Part shown: piece after piece, positions 10,145-21,810 of the stretch | Numbering within the stretch: position 1 is the first letter of the stretch | How the letters are laid out: every line of letters starts with the position of its first letter | Origin: Marsupella aquatica | Lineage: Eukaryota > Plantae > Marchantiophyta | Assembly (NCBI GenBank): GCA_973895155.1 | Contig: OZ316891.1 | Location: forward strand, 31,193,112-31,257,111 | DNA: 64,000 nt | Direction: 5' to 3' | Notes under the pieces: generated by a model | What the model was told of the DNA's origin: nothing | Seen by the model: only the letters and a program-made list of their open reading frames with translations | The model's database searches: none | Translations under genes and position numbers: made by a program

Positions 10145-10740
10145 CTTTAGCGTTACGTCTCGTTGTGAACTCTCTTTCTCTCACTCGGTCTTTGGGAGCG
10201 CAGCGCTCGTTTGATTCGTCAATTCTTTCGCAACTTTAGTAGGTTGAAGCATTTTTTTAAACCTCCGCTTACCAATCTTAGCTCTATTAATTAACATTCT
10301 GGCGTTCCCATCTAGGTCGAAGCATTTTCTCGAGGATTTGCTCAAGCTCCCGCAAAGAATCTTAGCTATACTGACACTCTGTCTCGTTTCATTCGCTACT
10401 ACATTTGGTTTAATTATATTGTCAAAGCTCAGCACAAACATCTGAGCGTTACAAACACTGTGTCCTGTGCACTGGCTTTTCGAGCATTCTGTGATCTGGA
10501 ATTTGGCGTACTAAAGTTTCTGCAATGATGGGTGGCTCCTGCAGTTCACTTGAACGTCGCTGTGGCAATCGGGACTCCCGATTATCATGGTCTAACAAGC
10601 AACTCATAACAATTAGGGTGTTCCTCCCCGCCCGGTTTCTTCTCCTGTCCCGTGCGACTTCTCCTTGCGGACGGACGGACAACTGCGCACGGCAATGCCC
10701 TTCTCAGGAATCCTCCCGAGATTTCGGTGATCACTGAGGT
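10145..10740 (+). repeat. Diverged paralog of 36580-37130
   Basis: Collinear shared blocks: GTCTTTGGGAGC, TTGAAGCATTTT, ATCTTAGCTCT, GTCGAAGCATTTT, CACTCTGTCTC, CTACATTTGGTT, TGTGCACTGGCTTTT, TGGCTCCTGCAGTTC, GGCAATCGGGAC, TGGTCTAACAAGCA. Confidence 0.85.
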
Positions 10741-13731
10741 ATCCGGATTTACTGGCCAAGAGAAATGGGTGAGAGGGCGATGCTGCATAGATTGTGGGAT
10801 AAGTGGGCCTCCGTTAACGTGTCTCCCTCTGGTACATCTCTTCCCTTTTTATTCAAAATTTGCCTCAAATTCTGCTTCCTCAATCAGAAATGACGAAATG
10901 CTGTCTGATTATATGAGGTTATTAAACAACGTTTAAAATGCCTTGGGCGATCCACCCATTCAAAGTTTTTCCCTCTCTATTAGTATCTAATAGCTTTTAT
11001 TTGATGCTCTAGAGTGGTATACTGGATTCATGGTCAGTGGCAATTCATCTCCAAGTGAACTCGTTCATTTTTCTTTCAACCCCCCTCCCCTTCTCCCCCG
11101 GTTCTGAATTTCGACTAATCGAAGAAGTCACTCATCAGTCGTTTTCGTTCTCTGGGCTTGGATTTCTTTGCAGGAGGGAAACCATTGACGGGAGCTGCTG
11201 TTGTGAATCTTGCCTCCAATCGACCTATTAGATTTCCTGGGCTTGTGTAAGCACTTTTGCTTTTGTGTTCACTTTTTCTGTCACTCTGTGCGGTTGCCCT
11301 TCGAGTCTTAACAAGATTAGGCTGGCGAAGTCTGCAACCAGAGGGTTCTTTGTTTTTATTTAGGAATAGACTCAGGCTTGTAACTGGCTTCAAACACGAT
11401 AACCTGTGTACAATTTATTACAGAATTGTCATATCGCTTTTGTTGAGGCAGATAATATTTGTATATTCAGTCTTCTTTAACTTCATCTAAACGCTAGGCT
11501 TTTGGATTCTCACTTTGCTTTGGGTTTCTAACGTATGCAGGCTTGAACAGGAGGGCTTAGCGTTGAAATCAGCTGATGTGCGGCCAATTATTGCCGGTGT
11601 TCGAGACCTTACTCTTCATACAGAATGCATCGTTCTCGACTCTTGCAAATGTAGTGACCATACGTTTCTGTTGTCCCAGCCGTAGTATCATGAACTGGAT
11701 CTGCTTGTGCATTGACCGTGGGCTGTGTTTGTTCCATAACGTGGGATGGCACTTGGTGATTAGAATGATTCTTTGATGGGCTAGTGTCCAAGCATGTGAT
11801 CCTCAGGAGATCATGGTTCTGTTTCTCTACACCCAACGAATCTCTTAAATGAGTGGAGTTTATCTGTTGACAGACTTGGTGACAACAGTATATGAAAATA
11901 TTTACTGTGCACGACGTTCAGATGCCCCTTCAGCATCATGGGGAGGAGCTATCATCGCCCGGACACCTGCCTATCTGGTGATTTCAACGTATGTAAGAAT
12001 GCAAACTTACTGATCTTCTATGCTTGTTTTCGGCGATCCATATTTGATTGGTAGGATCGTCCCAGCTTGTCTTTGGAAAACTACTTTCATGTGGATCTTT
12101 TGGTGGAGAACATGCTGAAGAGTTGTATATTCTCGTGTTTTGGGTTGTGCAGTTACCAAGGTTCTATCGGCGCGGCAGCCAAAGCCTTGGCTGCAACGGA
12201 ATTATTAATGGATCAGCTTACTCCACGGAGTGTGTAAATCTGCTTCGATTTTGTTGGTTTTTTTAACTTTAACTAAGTCAGTCATTCACAGTTAGAGTTT
12301 GAGAGACCAACGAAAGGAAGCAGATGGCAATTGCTTGGTGGGGTTTATTATATCAATTGCACAGGGCCTTGCCTTTGCCACGATAATGGTGGTCTGTATA
12401 TTCTTAGGCAGTGAATTCAAAAGGGAGCACGATCTTGCATTTGAGGTTGGGGGACCCAAGAACTTGTCCATGGCCAATCAGGGTTTGACATTATGAATCA
12501 CTCTTAGGTGTAGCTTCCTTGCATCCTATCACGGGAATGGCACAAATATAGTTTGTGGTAGTGGTTATCAATCTGTCATTAGAATTCTTGGCACACATCC
12601 TCGGTTTGGAGTTTTAGGGGTGCAAGTAACATATGGAATACGGTTAAAGGGAATCCCAAACCTACGGATGCGACCCAACTTTAAAGCTCACAAGGTTTAG
12701 GGTATGGAAAGACGTTTCTAAAGGTGCCTGTCACACGAGAATCTGGGCATTTCATTTCAGCCGTAAGCTCGAGGCTGACTATGCTTCCATGTTTGTCTGA
12801 ACCAACAAATCAAAGTTTTATATGGGGAACATATCAAAGGTTTACACTTCCCACGGAAAGTACTGACGACGTTATGCAAGTCTTTGAAAAGGACGTGTTA
12901 GCCATGATTCTGTCGAGTGCCTAGTACCCATCTTCCTCGCACCGAATCTATTTTGAAGAAAGACTGGTCGTCCAAACTTGCATGGAGTATCTTGAACCAT
13001 TGTGGACGCTGAAATTAGACCAAACGTATTGCAGGAAGTGCTGGGAGCTGGAGGTGTAAGGTAAAGCCCGAGACACAGATGAGCCAGGCAGACAAAGATC
13101 CAAATCGGTATAGAGGTGTCAACGGTTGAAAGTACTAGAAATCCAAAACTGATAAACAAAGATAACGAGGCATGTGGCTAAAATAACAAGACAGGTTATT
13201 GCGCGTACTGCCCCATCTGCAGTGGCGGAAAAAATGATAAATTAGGTGGGGTAGCTTGAAATAAAGACTCCGAAGATATTGAGTTTTCCCTTGGGAATCT
13301 GCACAACCACGTATCTCGGCTTGGTGGCCACGAAAGAGTGCGTTTGCACATGAGCCTACTTCAAGTGGGGTCAACTCACTTTCGAGCTTGAAACGGGTGA
13401 GATATTCCAAATCAAGGGGACTGTTGTCACCTGGCTTGGATTCCAATCAAGGATTTACTAGATCCACGGCTGTGGCAAAGATTGCTTTTGCGGATAATAT
13501 TACACCCATTTGGATAGACCTATCTTGGGTGGATGACATGTACACCTAGCTAAACCAACCCATTATTATTTGACATTAACTTCATCACAATCCTGAATTT
13601 AACTCTCTGCTCCGGATGAATTGAAAGGAAAAATTCTTGCTGCAATCGAGGACAATCGCTTCACTAAAGGGTTGAACTACTGCTTTAGGGTTTATGCACA
13701 AGCTTCCGAACTGCCAAAATTAGAGGGATCA

Positions 13732-16700
13732 TCACTTCCCTGATGTGTGCTTGCCATCTTGGAACTGGGCGTTACTCGATGATCTAAAAGTTTGCAAGAA
13801 TGCTTTAGCTTTTGCCAGTTCATCCCTTTTTCGCCACTTGTCCCACTTGTGCTCTGCTGCAAGGATCTCTATCACACGAGGTAATGCCCTCCCGGCAGCA
13901 TCTGTATCGAGAAAAGCCAACCTGGAGCGACGTGCAATGAAGTCTACGGCAGACTCACAGTATTCATTCCGTGCGCAGTATGCAACCTCTGCCTCCAAGA
14001 CTGGATAACCATGAGCTAGCCTCTTGCCCAGGCCTTCCATCTGCTCATCACCCACATTAAACGTTTCTTATTAACATCAATGAACCCATTTGAATTTCTT
14101 TGCTGATTGTCCACCTAAAACTGAGTTTGACCCGAACATGTGCCATTCGCTATCATGTGAGAAAATCGTCGAAAGTGCTTTGGTTCGATGAAAGACTGGA
14201 CAATAAGGACCCTGGTGAAACATTCGAATGCAACATAAATCCGGAGGAGATCCATCCAGCCTGAGACGAAGTAAATAATTCAGATCCAAAATTTATGATA
14301 TTAAAGGGTGCATTTTCGCAAAGGAAACAGCGCGGAAGGTGTACTGCGAACCTGTGCAATTATAGCAACACGTTGTGCCATTCCTCCGTATGAGTGAACC
14401 AGATGCTTGGCCGCAGCTGTGTCAAATGCTCCAGGGACTAATTTTCCTCCATAAGTTTGCTTCATGCGCACATACTGTTGCGTGAGGACCGTGAAGGAAG
14501 ATGGCTCATATCCGTCAGCTCCAATCACTGCCAAGTTCTCTGTAATGCAGGGATTGGAGGGCTGCAGTGACCCAACCCTTATTGCTGCATTGACAGCATC
14601 TTCTGCCATACTGCACAGTCAAAAACATTTTAGTGCAGCTTAGCGTCAAATCCGCTCATTAAATCAATCTACAATAACTCAACGTGCTAAATTCGGAAAC
14701 CGTATTCAGGTAAAAACGATAATGATCTGTGCGATGGATGCTACAGTAAGCTAGGGCTCTACTAGAAAGAATAATCATTCTTTGGACCCAAGACGTACAA
14801 AAGCTAGCCAAGCTGCAAAGCGCAATTATCGAGAAAAGTCCGAAAGGTATGTGCTGAACCTTCTATATGTGGTCCACTTCCCACCAGTAACAGTTACTAA
14901 ATCATGCTCATCTGTGACTATCACATGATCCCGGGATATACTAGCAGTATCCTTGGCTGTCGGATCACTGGCCAGAGGTCGTATTCCACTCCAAGCTGAA
15001 AGTACATCTGACCGCCGAACCTGGTTCAAGCTGACAATTAGACGACTACAGCGGCATCGTAGCACAAGCACTGAAATGAACCCATCACAACAATTAAGGT
15101 GGATATCCCATTCCATATGAGAAACACATATTCCATATTCAAAGAATTTTCAGAAACAGTGGCAACGCAGGTCTACCTCTACGTTCACACAGTAGAGAAA
15201 ACCTACCTTGATGCACAAGTAGTCACTAATAGCATCCAAAATAAATCGGATTTCGTCCTCATGGGGCTCGGGTAAATGGGTTATAGGAGTGACAGAATCT
15301 GTGGTCCCTGCCACTGTCCTGCCCATCCAAGGCAGCATGAAAACAACCCTGCCATCTTTGGTCTTAGGTACGATGAGACCCATTTCCTCTGGCGAATAGT
15401 AGTCCGGAAGGACGATATGTATACCGCTGCTTGGGGATATCATAGGCTTTGCTTTTCTATCAGCTAATTGCCTCACGGAATCGCAAAAAGGTCCTGCTGC
15501 ATTCACGACCACTTTGGCATACACATCAAATTCTTTCCCTGTCAGGTTGTTGCGTACCCTGGCCCCTGTTACTTTTTCAGTGACATCATCTTTGTGGATA
15601 GTAAGAACTTCAGCATGGTTGAGAACTGCTGCCCCTGATAGCGCTGCTGTGCACGCCAACGCTATGTTTAGACGGGAGTCATTCATCTGTCCGTCATAGT
15701 AAACAAGGGTGCCCTTCAAAGATTTCCCGTCTGGATTTCCCTTCGACAGCGTCGGAAAGAGCTCCAGCGACTGCTGAGCTGAGAAGAAGCGAGACATGTG
15801 AAGCATGTGGCGGCCAGCCACCAAATCATAGAGCTTGAAGCCTGCCCAGAAATATGGAATCTGCCACCAGTCATAGCATGGTGTCATGGTAGGAAGTGGA
15901 TTGCACAGATGTGGCGCATTATGCAGTATGTTGGCTCTTTCTTCAAGTGCATGGAATACTAGTTTCAGTTGTCCATAGTCCAGCTGAAACACAGCTTTTT
16001 CCAAATACCTGACTCCTGTTTCAAGCAGAATCCAGAAGTGATTTCAGAAAATGATTTCTTCGTCAACAAAAGTTCCAATTTTTCACCTAAATTGAATATT
16101 TCCAACCAAACTCATCCAAAGATTTAACATTGCAAGACTCACATCTAGTACACCAAACATGGACCAAGAACGCTCTGTTGAGTGAGTAGATCACTGGAAA
16201 GGTGCAGTCGAAATCAATTGCTGATTTATATCATTAAGCATTAACCGGCCCAACCTGCTAATTGAAAGGCTGAAAGAATGGCACAACGTCTGATTTGGGA
16301 ACCTCACAACATGGTGTTTTATTTTAGGTTGTCCCTTTGGAGGAAGGTTAAAATTCAGAGGGTAACGATAAACAACGTCTCCAATCGAAGTATGCTTTGA
16401 ACTACCAACAATGTAAAAAGCAGAGTCAAAGAAGGGCCCAATCTTCCCACCAACGATACGAAGATGAAAGCCAACCAGAAACGTAGGATTCAAACGGCAC
16501 TGTCATTCTATAGACAAAATGAAAGGAAAGAAATTGAGAGGGAGAGTTGAATGGTTGTGACTAAGAAGAGAGTTTTCCAACCTCCATGTACCAGTTTTGT
16601 AGACCGCGAGGAGGTTCCCGCAGAAAAATCTTCACGCTCAACCAGCCCAACTCGAAGACCGCGGGTGGCCGCATCTAACGCCACTCCACAACCCGTAGCT

Positions 16701-17657
16701 CCGCCGCCAATGATCAATATGTCAAATGGATTCACACGGCTCGATCCCTTGAGAGCTGCCTGCATTATGATTTCGGCAAGATTAGTGCACTGTCTCAACC
16801 AAACCTTGAGAGAAAACACATCCCTCGAACTAGGAAAATCCGATCTCAACCGCCAACATCAGCATCCCGAAATCAGCTGTAGATAGTAACACTTGTACAG
16901 AATTGTCCCTTTCTTGATTCTACAGACCAACCACGTTCACCAGTTTCAGCTCAGTGAGACAGTAGCATGACGAGATCCGAACTCTCACTGTTTACGTTGA
17001 AAATCTATGTCAATTTCCATGGATGCAATTCAGTTAGAAGTGTTTTCTCCCTGTGTTGCATTCTCTTACATGTTGCGTACTCTTTACTTCAAACTGCTTG
17101 CTTCCTCTCATCAGCAGTCCAGGCAAATGAAGTTTCAGATCATAATCGAAATTGCGCCAAGTTGTCGGGTGCATATGGCAATCTTTGTAAACATTTATCG
17201 AGAGTTTCGAACTAATAGGTCACTGAGGATGACAACTTTGCAACGTCGAAGAAGCACGTCAACGAGGCCAATGCGGATGCCGAATTCTACTAGAAGTAGG
17301 TCAATTGATAAGGGCCCTGTTTGGCCGTGTTGAGTGTACCAAATTGCCAGTTGTTGTTGCTAATGGTGTCCCGGAGAGGAAGGAAGGGGAATTGAGCTGC
17401 TGATGACGCAGAAACCGGAGTGCAGAGCACAGATTCACACCTACCTCTTGTTGTGATCGGTCAGGGACTTTCCACTCGGCCGCTTCCATTTTCTGCTTCA
17501 AGGCCGCAACGCCTCCACTACCTCCTTTCTCCTTGCCGAAGAGTCCACCACTCGTGCTGTTCTGTGCCACAAGGCTGAGACCGCCTCCTCCTAAGGCCAC
17601 CACCACGGCAGCCCCCACAGCCCGCAGCGCGAGCCGAGACCGCGCGCGCGCAGCCAT
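13732..17657 (-). CDS. SDP6: Mitochondrial FAD-dependent glycerol-3-phosphate dehydrogenase, 6 coding exons (17657-17445, 16759-16582, 16015-15207, 15020-14860, 14610-14352, 14040-13732)
   Basis: DILIIGGGATG FAD-binding motif, GTSSRSTKLVHGGVRYLE, YYDGQMNDSR, VVNAAGPF, WSGIRPL, GGKWTTYR, DFIARRSRLAFLD. All splice junctions are GT-AG and in phase; N-terminal transit peptide and TM-like segment. Confidence 0.97.
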
Positions 17658-17790
17658 TGCGGCTGTGCTCCTTAACCGACCGACCGAGGAATCGATCGAT
17701 CGTCTTCAATTCTTCCTCCTCCTTGCCAAGCTCAGTGCTTCTTCTTCTCTGTCATGGCCGCCCCATAATCTCCTCCTCCTCCTCCTCCTC

Positions 17791-17980
17791 CTTCCTCTAC
17801 AAGTCCTCAGGGCCAAGGAAGATCTCGAATTCACACAACAAATCACACATCTAGCAGGACAGAGAGGAGCAAAGCAAAGCGAGGACTTCCTCTACAAGTT
17901 CCCAGGGACAAGGAAGATCTCGAATTCACACAACAAATCACACATCTAGCAGAACAGAGGGGAGCAAAGCAAGGCGAGGA
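17791..17980. repeat. ~95-bp tandem duplication in the 5' leader of the GPDH gene
   Basis: Two copies of CTTCCTCTACAAGT...AAGGAAGATCTCGAATTCACACAACAAATCACACATCTAGCAG...GAGCAAAGCAA.GCGAGGA. Confidence 0.85.
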
Positions 17981-18412
17981 GAACGTCAGCGAGCAGACAG
18001 AAACTGGGCGAGGCAGACAGCACGCACTCGCTCCTTCGCGCTCCACTAATTTCTCTCTCTCGCTCTGCGTCTCCGTCTCCCTTCTCCCTTCTCCCTCTCC
18101 CTCCTCCCTCTACACTACCAGAGCGTCATTGTTTTCAATTTCCCCAGATGGAGAAAGTTGGACCACACGAGAAACGACGAGGCAAACACGAATCATTCCA
18201 TGTTACAAGTGTGATCTCGCCTTTTTTGTTTCCCAACAAAGAGCAATGGTTGGAAGAGAAACAGAGCAATGGTTGAAAGAGAAGAGAAACAGAGCAATGG
18301 TTGAAAGAGAAGAGAAGAGAAGAGAAGAGCGAAAGCGGAGGCTCGATGAAAAGGAGAGCAAAGTTTGTCCTAAACTGGTCGATATTACTGGACATGCTCT
18401 CAAACTAAACTA

Positions 18413-18878
18413 CAGTGGACTCTCGCTAAGTGCACGCACTCTCTGGGGACGACGAATCTGGTGTGCACTAAACCAGGTGTTGCATGTCTTGATAAGCGCA
18501 CATTCTGTAACAAGTGCTCTAATAGATAAGTGTGCTTCATTTAGATTCCTTTGTTAAATGTGTATGCATTATGGACCCCTCTTGTCAGTGAGTAGTCAGT
18601 CTCGTACCTGGTATCCCTGCCCTAATTTTGTGCCCACACTCTTTACGTGCATTCTATTCTCTACTAAGAATGGGTTTTACATATAAGCACATATAAACAC
18701 TTATCAAGGGTAAGCACTTATAAAGTTGTCATTTAGAAAAATGATTTCAGCCCTGTGTGAGCTTAGAATATATGCTTAAAAAAGTTCTTATCCCATATAC
18801 AAAAATGGGAAGAACAAGATGACATGCACTAATCAAGGATAAGTGCTTCTGGAGTGTGCACTTAGCAAGAGTTCACTG
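18413..18878. mobile_element. Non-autonomous Tc1/mariner-pogo-type MITE (466 bp)
   Basis: TIRs CAGTGGACTCTCGCTAAGTGCAC and GTGCACTTAGCAAGAGTTCACTG, flanked by TA on both sides (18411-18412, 18879-18880). Confidence 0.85.
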
Positions 18879-20377
18879 TAGTCTATATTGCTAAACATAC
18901 TCTCAAAAATTATTTACATAGTCTCATGGACCCTACACAGAAACTGCATAATTGGGATGGACTGATTAGAAATATTTCCTGTGACATTGTGAGTAAAATG
19001 GGGTCCATCTGAGTTACAAAAATCAATGGGAGCATTTGACAAACCTAGAGATCTATCTGGGCTTCATTTTCTTGTCACAAAACATGGTATACTTTATAAT
19101 ACAATATTGCAGTTATTTTTATTTTATTTACAAATATGACACAATGTTTGTATTTGGCTACTTTGGTTACACTCCTGAACTTGTAGTCCATATTCAAAAC
19201 CATGGTGGATTTGAAAATACTCTGGGCAGTCATGACAGTGAACGTGTGAACAGGCTAAACAACACAGTTTTGAATATGTGGTGGACAATTTGGTTTTAGA
19301 AAGTAGCTTCTGGGGCTATTTTGCTACCACATTGCAATGCTGATATTCAGCCAAAAATCAGGTTGTCCTCCATTTAGTATATGGGTTTGCTTAACTGGAG
19401 ATGGAATGCTAACCCCCTCCAACTGTACCTTCACCTTGCACCATGTTTGGACTATTATCCATGGCTAAAAACTATCACATTTTGGTCTCCCTCATTTCCC
19501 CCACTTTTACCATTGGAGGAGGTTAGTCTGGACAAATTATGAGCCTCCATGTATCCCCAGAGCAATTATGTGTCATTGAGTGTTACTTTAGTCTGGGTAA
19601 ACTAACTCACATACAAATGGGGGTGATCTGATAATTAAATTAGTTTGGGGGACAGAAAAACAAATAACAGTTTGCAGAAATATGGTTCTGTGATTTTACA
19701 ATAAATATGAGAAACTTGGGATTTTTTCAGAGAGATATACTTAGTGGACCTCCAAATGCAACTTTCTCTCTTAATGGACCAAAAGTTTCCCACGCCCTCC
19801 CAATGGACCCCAAAGTTTAGATTCTCTCCCAATGGACCTCCGGGCCCACTCCGTACAGGCATGTTCTTATGAAACAGCTTACCACGCAGTTCGAGTCCAC
19901 TGCGTACCCTGTGGAAACCGTGGTTGGTCATGTGTAGTCGGCCGTCAATAACGTCGCAGTCCACAAGCGTCGTAGCCCTGGCGGCAATCGAGCTCCGCTC
20001 AGCACCATGGCAGTTTTTGTGAATACAGTATGACTATTGTATTCAAAACAATAATTGAACGAGTTTGCGGTGGCATTGGAGCCTTCGTGCCCGGCCTCAC
20101 AGGATTTCAAAATACATTGTCACTTTAGTGTTCAAGATACAAAGGAAATAGTTTATTGGAGCTTGCAACAGCCGGCAAGCCGTACCTCCCCGAACCTCCT
20201 TGCTTTTATGAAGACATTGTCCATAATGTGTACAAATCTTAAAGGAATAATTTTCAAAATTCAAATGTGCCCGCCCTTTATGGAACCCTTTCGGAACCTG
20301 TTTTGTTGTCATTTGGTTTGTTTCTCGTCATTTTCTCGCATTTTCTCGTGTTGCTGGTTCCGGCTCGTGTTCCTGCT

Positions 20378-21016
20378 ATGTCGACCCTTGAGGATGTGCG
20401 AATTGCAATGAAGGAGCGGCCAGACAGCATCATTGGGCCAATCCCGGTATATGTTTGTAATTTTCACTCTGATTTCCCATGGCCCAGAAAGTTCACTTAC
20501 AGAGGTTGCAGGCATGGCATTGGCGGTGGTTTGGTTTGTGGGAAGTCCATTGAGGCAGCGGAGCAATGCAAGCACGACCCACTGGTAGACGGTAACAATT
20601 GTCATTTGTATAGGTTCGATATTTGCATGGTGGATGCATATGAGAACACTGGGCCATTCAAGGCCACTATCTTTCAAGCTACATGAGAGCTTGTGGACAT
20701 GACTGTTGATGAATTTGCAGAGTATGGTACCATTCGCCAACTTGAAACAATGCACCAGCAAATTTCTCAGATCCCATACTGTCTAGTGTGGATTAAGGCA
20801 GGACGACACTCTGTTGTTGTGAATAAGCTTGTTGTTGAGATGTGGCGATGCCCTCCTAGTCGTGCCCCTGTGAGAACAAGAGTTGAGAAAGTGATCAGCA
20901 GAAGCAATCTTGTGGGTGCTGATGTCCTTATGCAGCAGTTGGAGGTGACTGCAACAATGATTTCAAAGTTTCGCTTGTCCACCATCGAATCCGCCGAAGA
21001 CTCGAAAGGCAAATGA
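20378..21016 (+). pseudogene. MULE passenger: RPA70 C-terminal-like OB-fold/zinc-ribbon protein with one in-frame TGA (20684)
   Basis: FTYRGC...CGKSI....C...YRFDICMVD....KATIFQAT*ELVDMTVDEF resembles the Rep_fac-A_C pattern (Y.aC..C.Kk..C..y.....l.D.t......F...ae.llg.t..el). Confidence 0.6.
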
Positions 21017-21810
21017 TAGGGATGTTGTGTCATGCAGAATACGTTTTGGTTGTTGTATTCTTGTTATTTCTTGAAGAGATTGGTGGTTTGGTAAGATGAT
21101 TTAGTGTCATTTAGCATTCTCCGTAGCTTCAATGATGAACAATTCGCATTTCAGATGAGTATTGGGGGAGCCCTTCAGTTGCATAATTTTGAAAACCTGT
21201 ATTGTGTAATGGGTATTTTCTCTTGCGTTATGAATAGAATACAACATTGTTTATGTATTCTCTGATCTATCTATTATGTAACACATTGCAACATTCTTTT
21301 GTATGTTGAGAATACAACACAGAATACTACATGGTGTATGTATACTTTGAATTCTATTTCATGTAACACGTCTAGGTTGCGCCTGCTTTGCTACTTCATT
21401 GCTAGGGTTTAGGGTGCACAATCAGTTGCGCGTATGCCTTATCTTTGGCGAGGGTTTAGGATTTTAGAGAGATGGCGGCCGATGAGCGAGGAGGATTGTT
21501 TTAGGGAGGGATTCCACTATTGGAGCTCGCAAATCGATCGATCGAAGGCCTGATGTGCTGGTGAAGGGGGATTGCGCGCGATTGGGAGCAATTGGGAGCG
21601 ATCGATTTAGGGAGCTGGTCATGGGGGACTGCGCGCGATTGGGAGTGAGTGAGCATAGAGCGATTCAGGGAGCTGGTGCTGGTGAAGGGGGATTGTGAAA
21701 TCACTTGGGATTGCCTGTCGGGTGATTGGAGTGACTGTCGAGCGATTCAAGGAGATCAAGGAGTGAACGTTGGGCAGGTCGGTTGGGTTTTGAACCCAAC
21801 CAAGGTAGTC

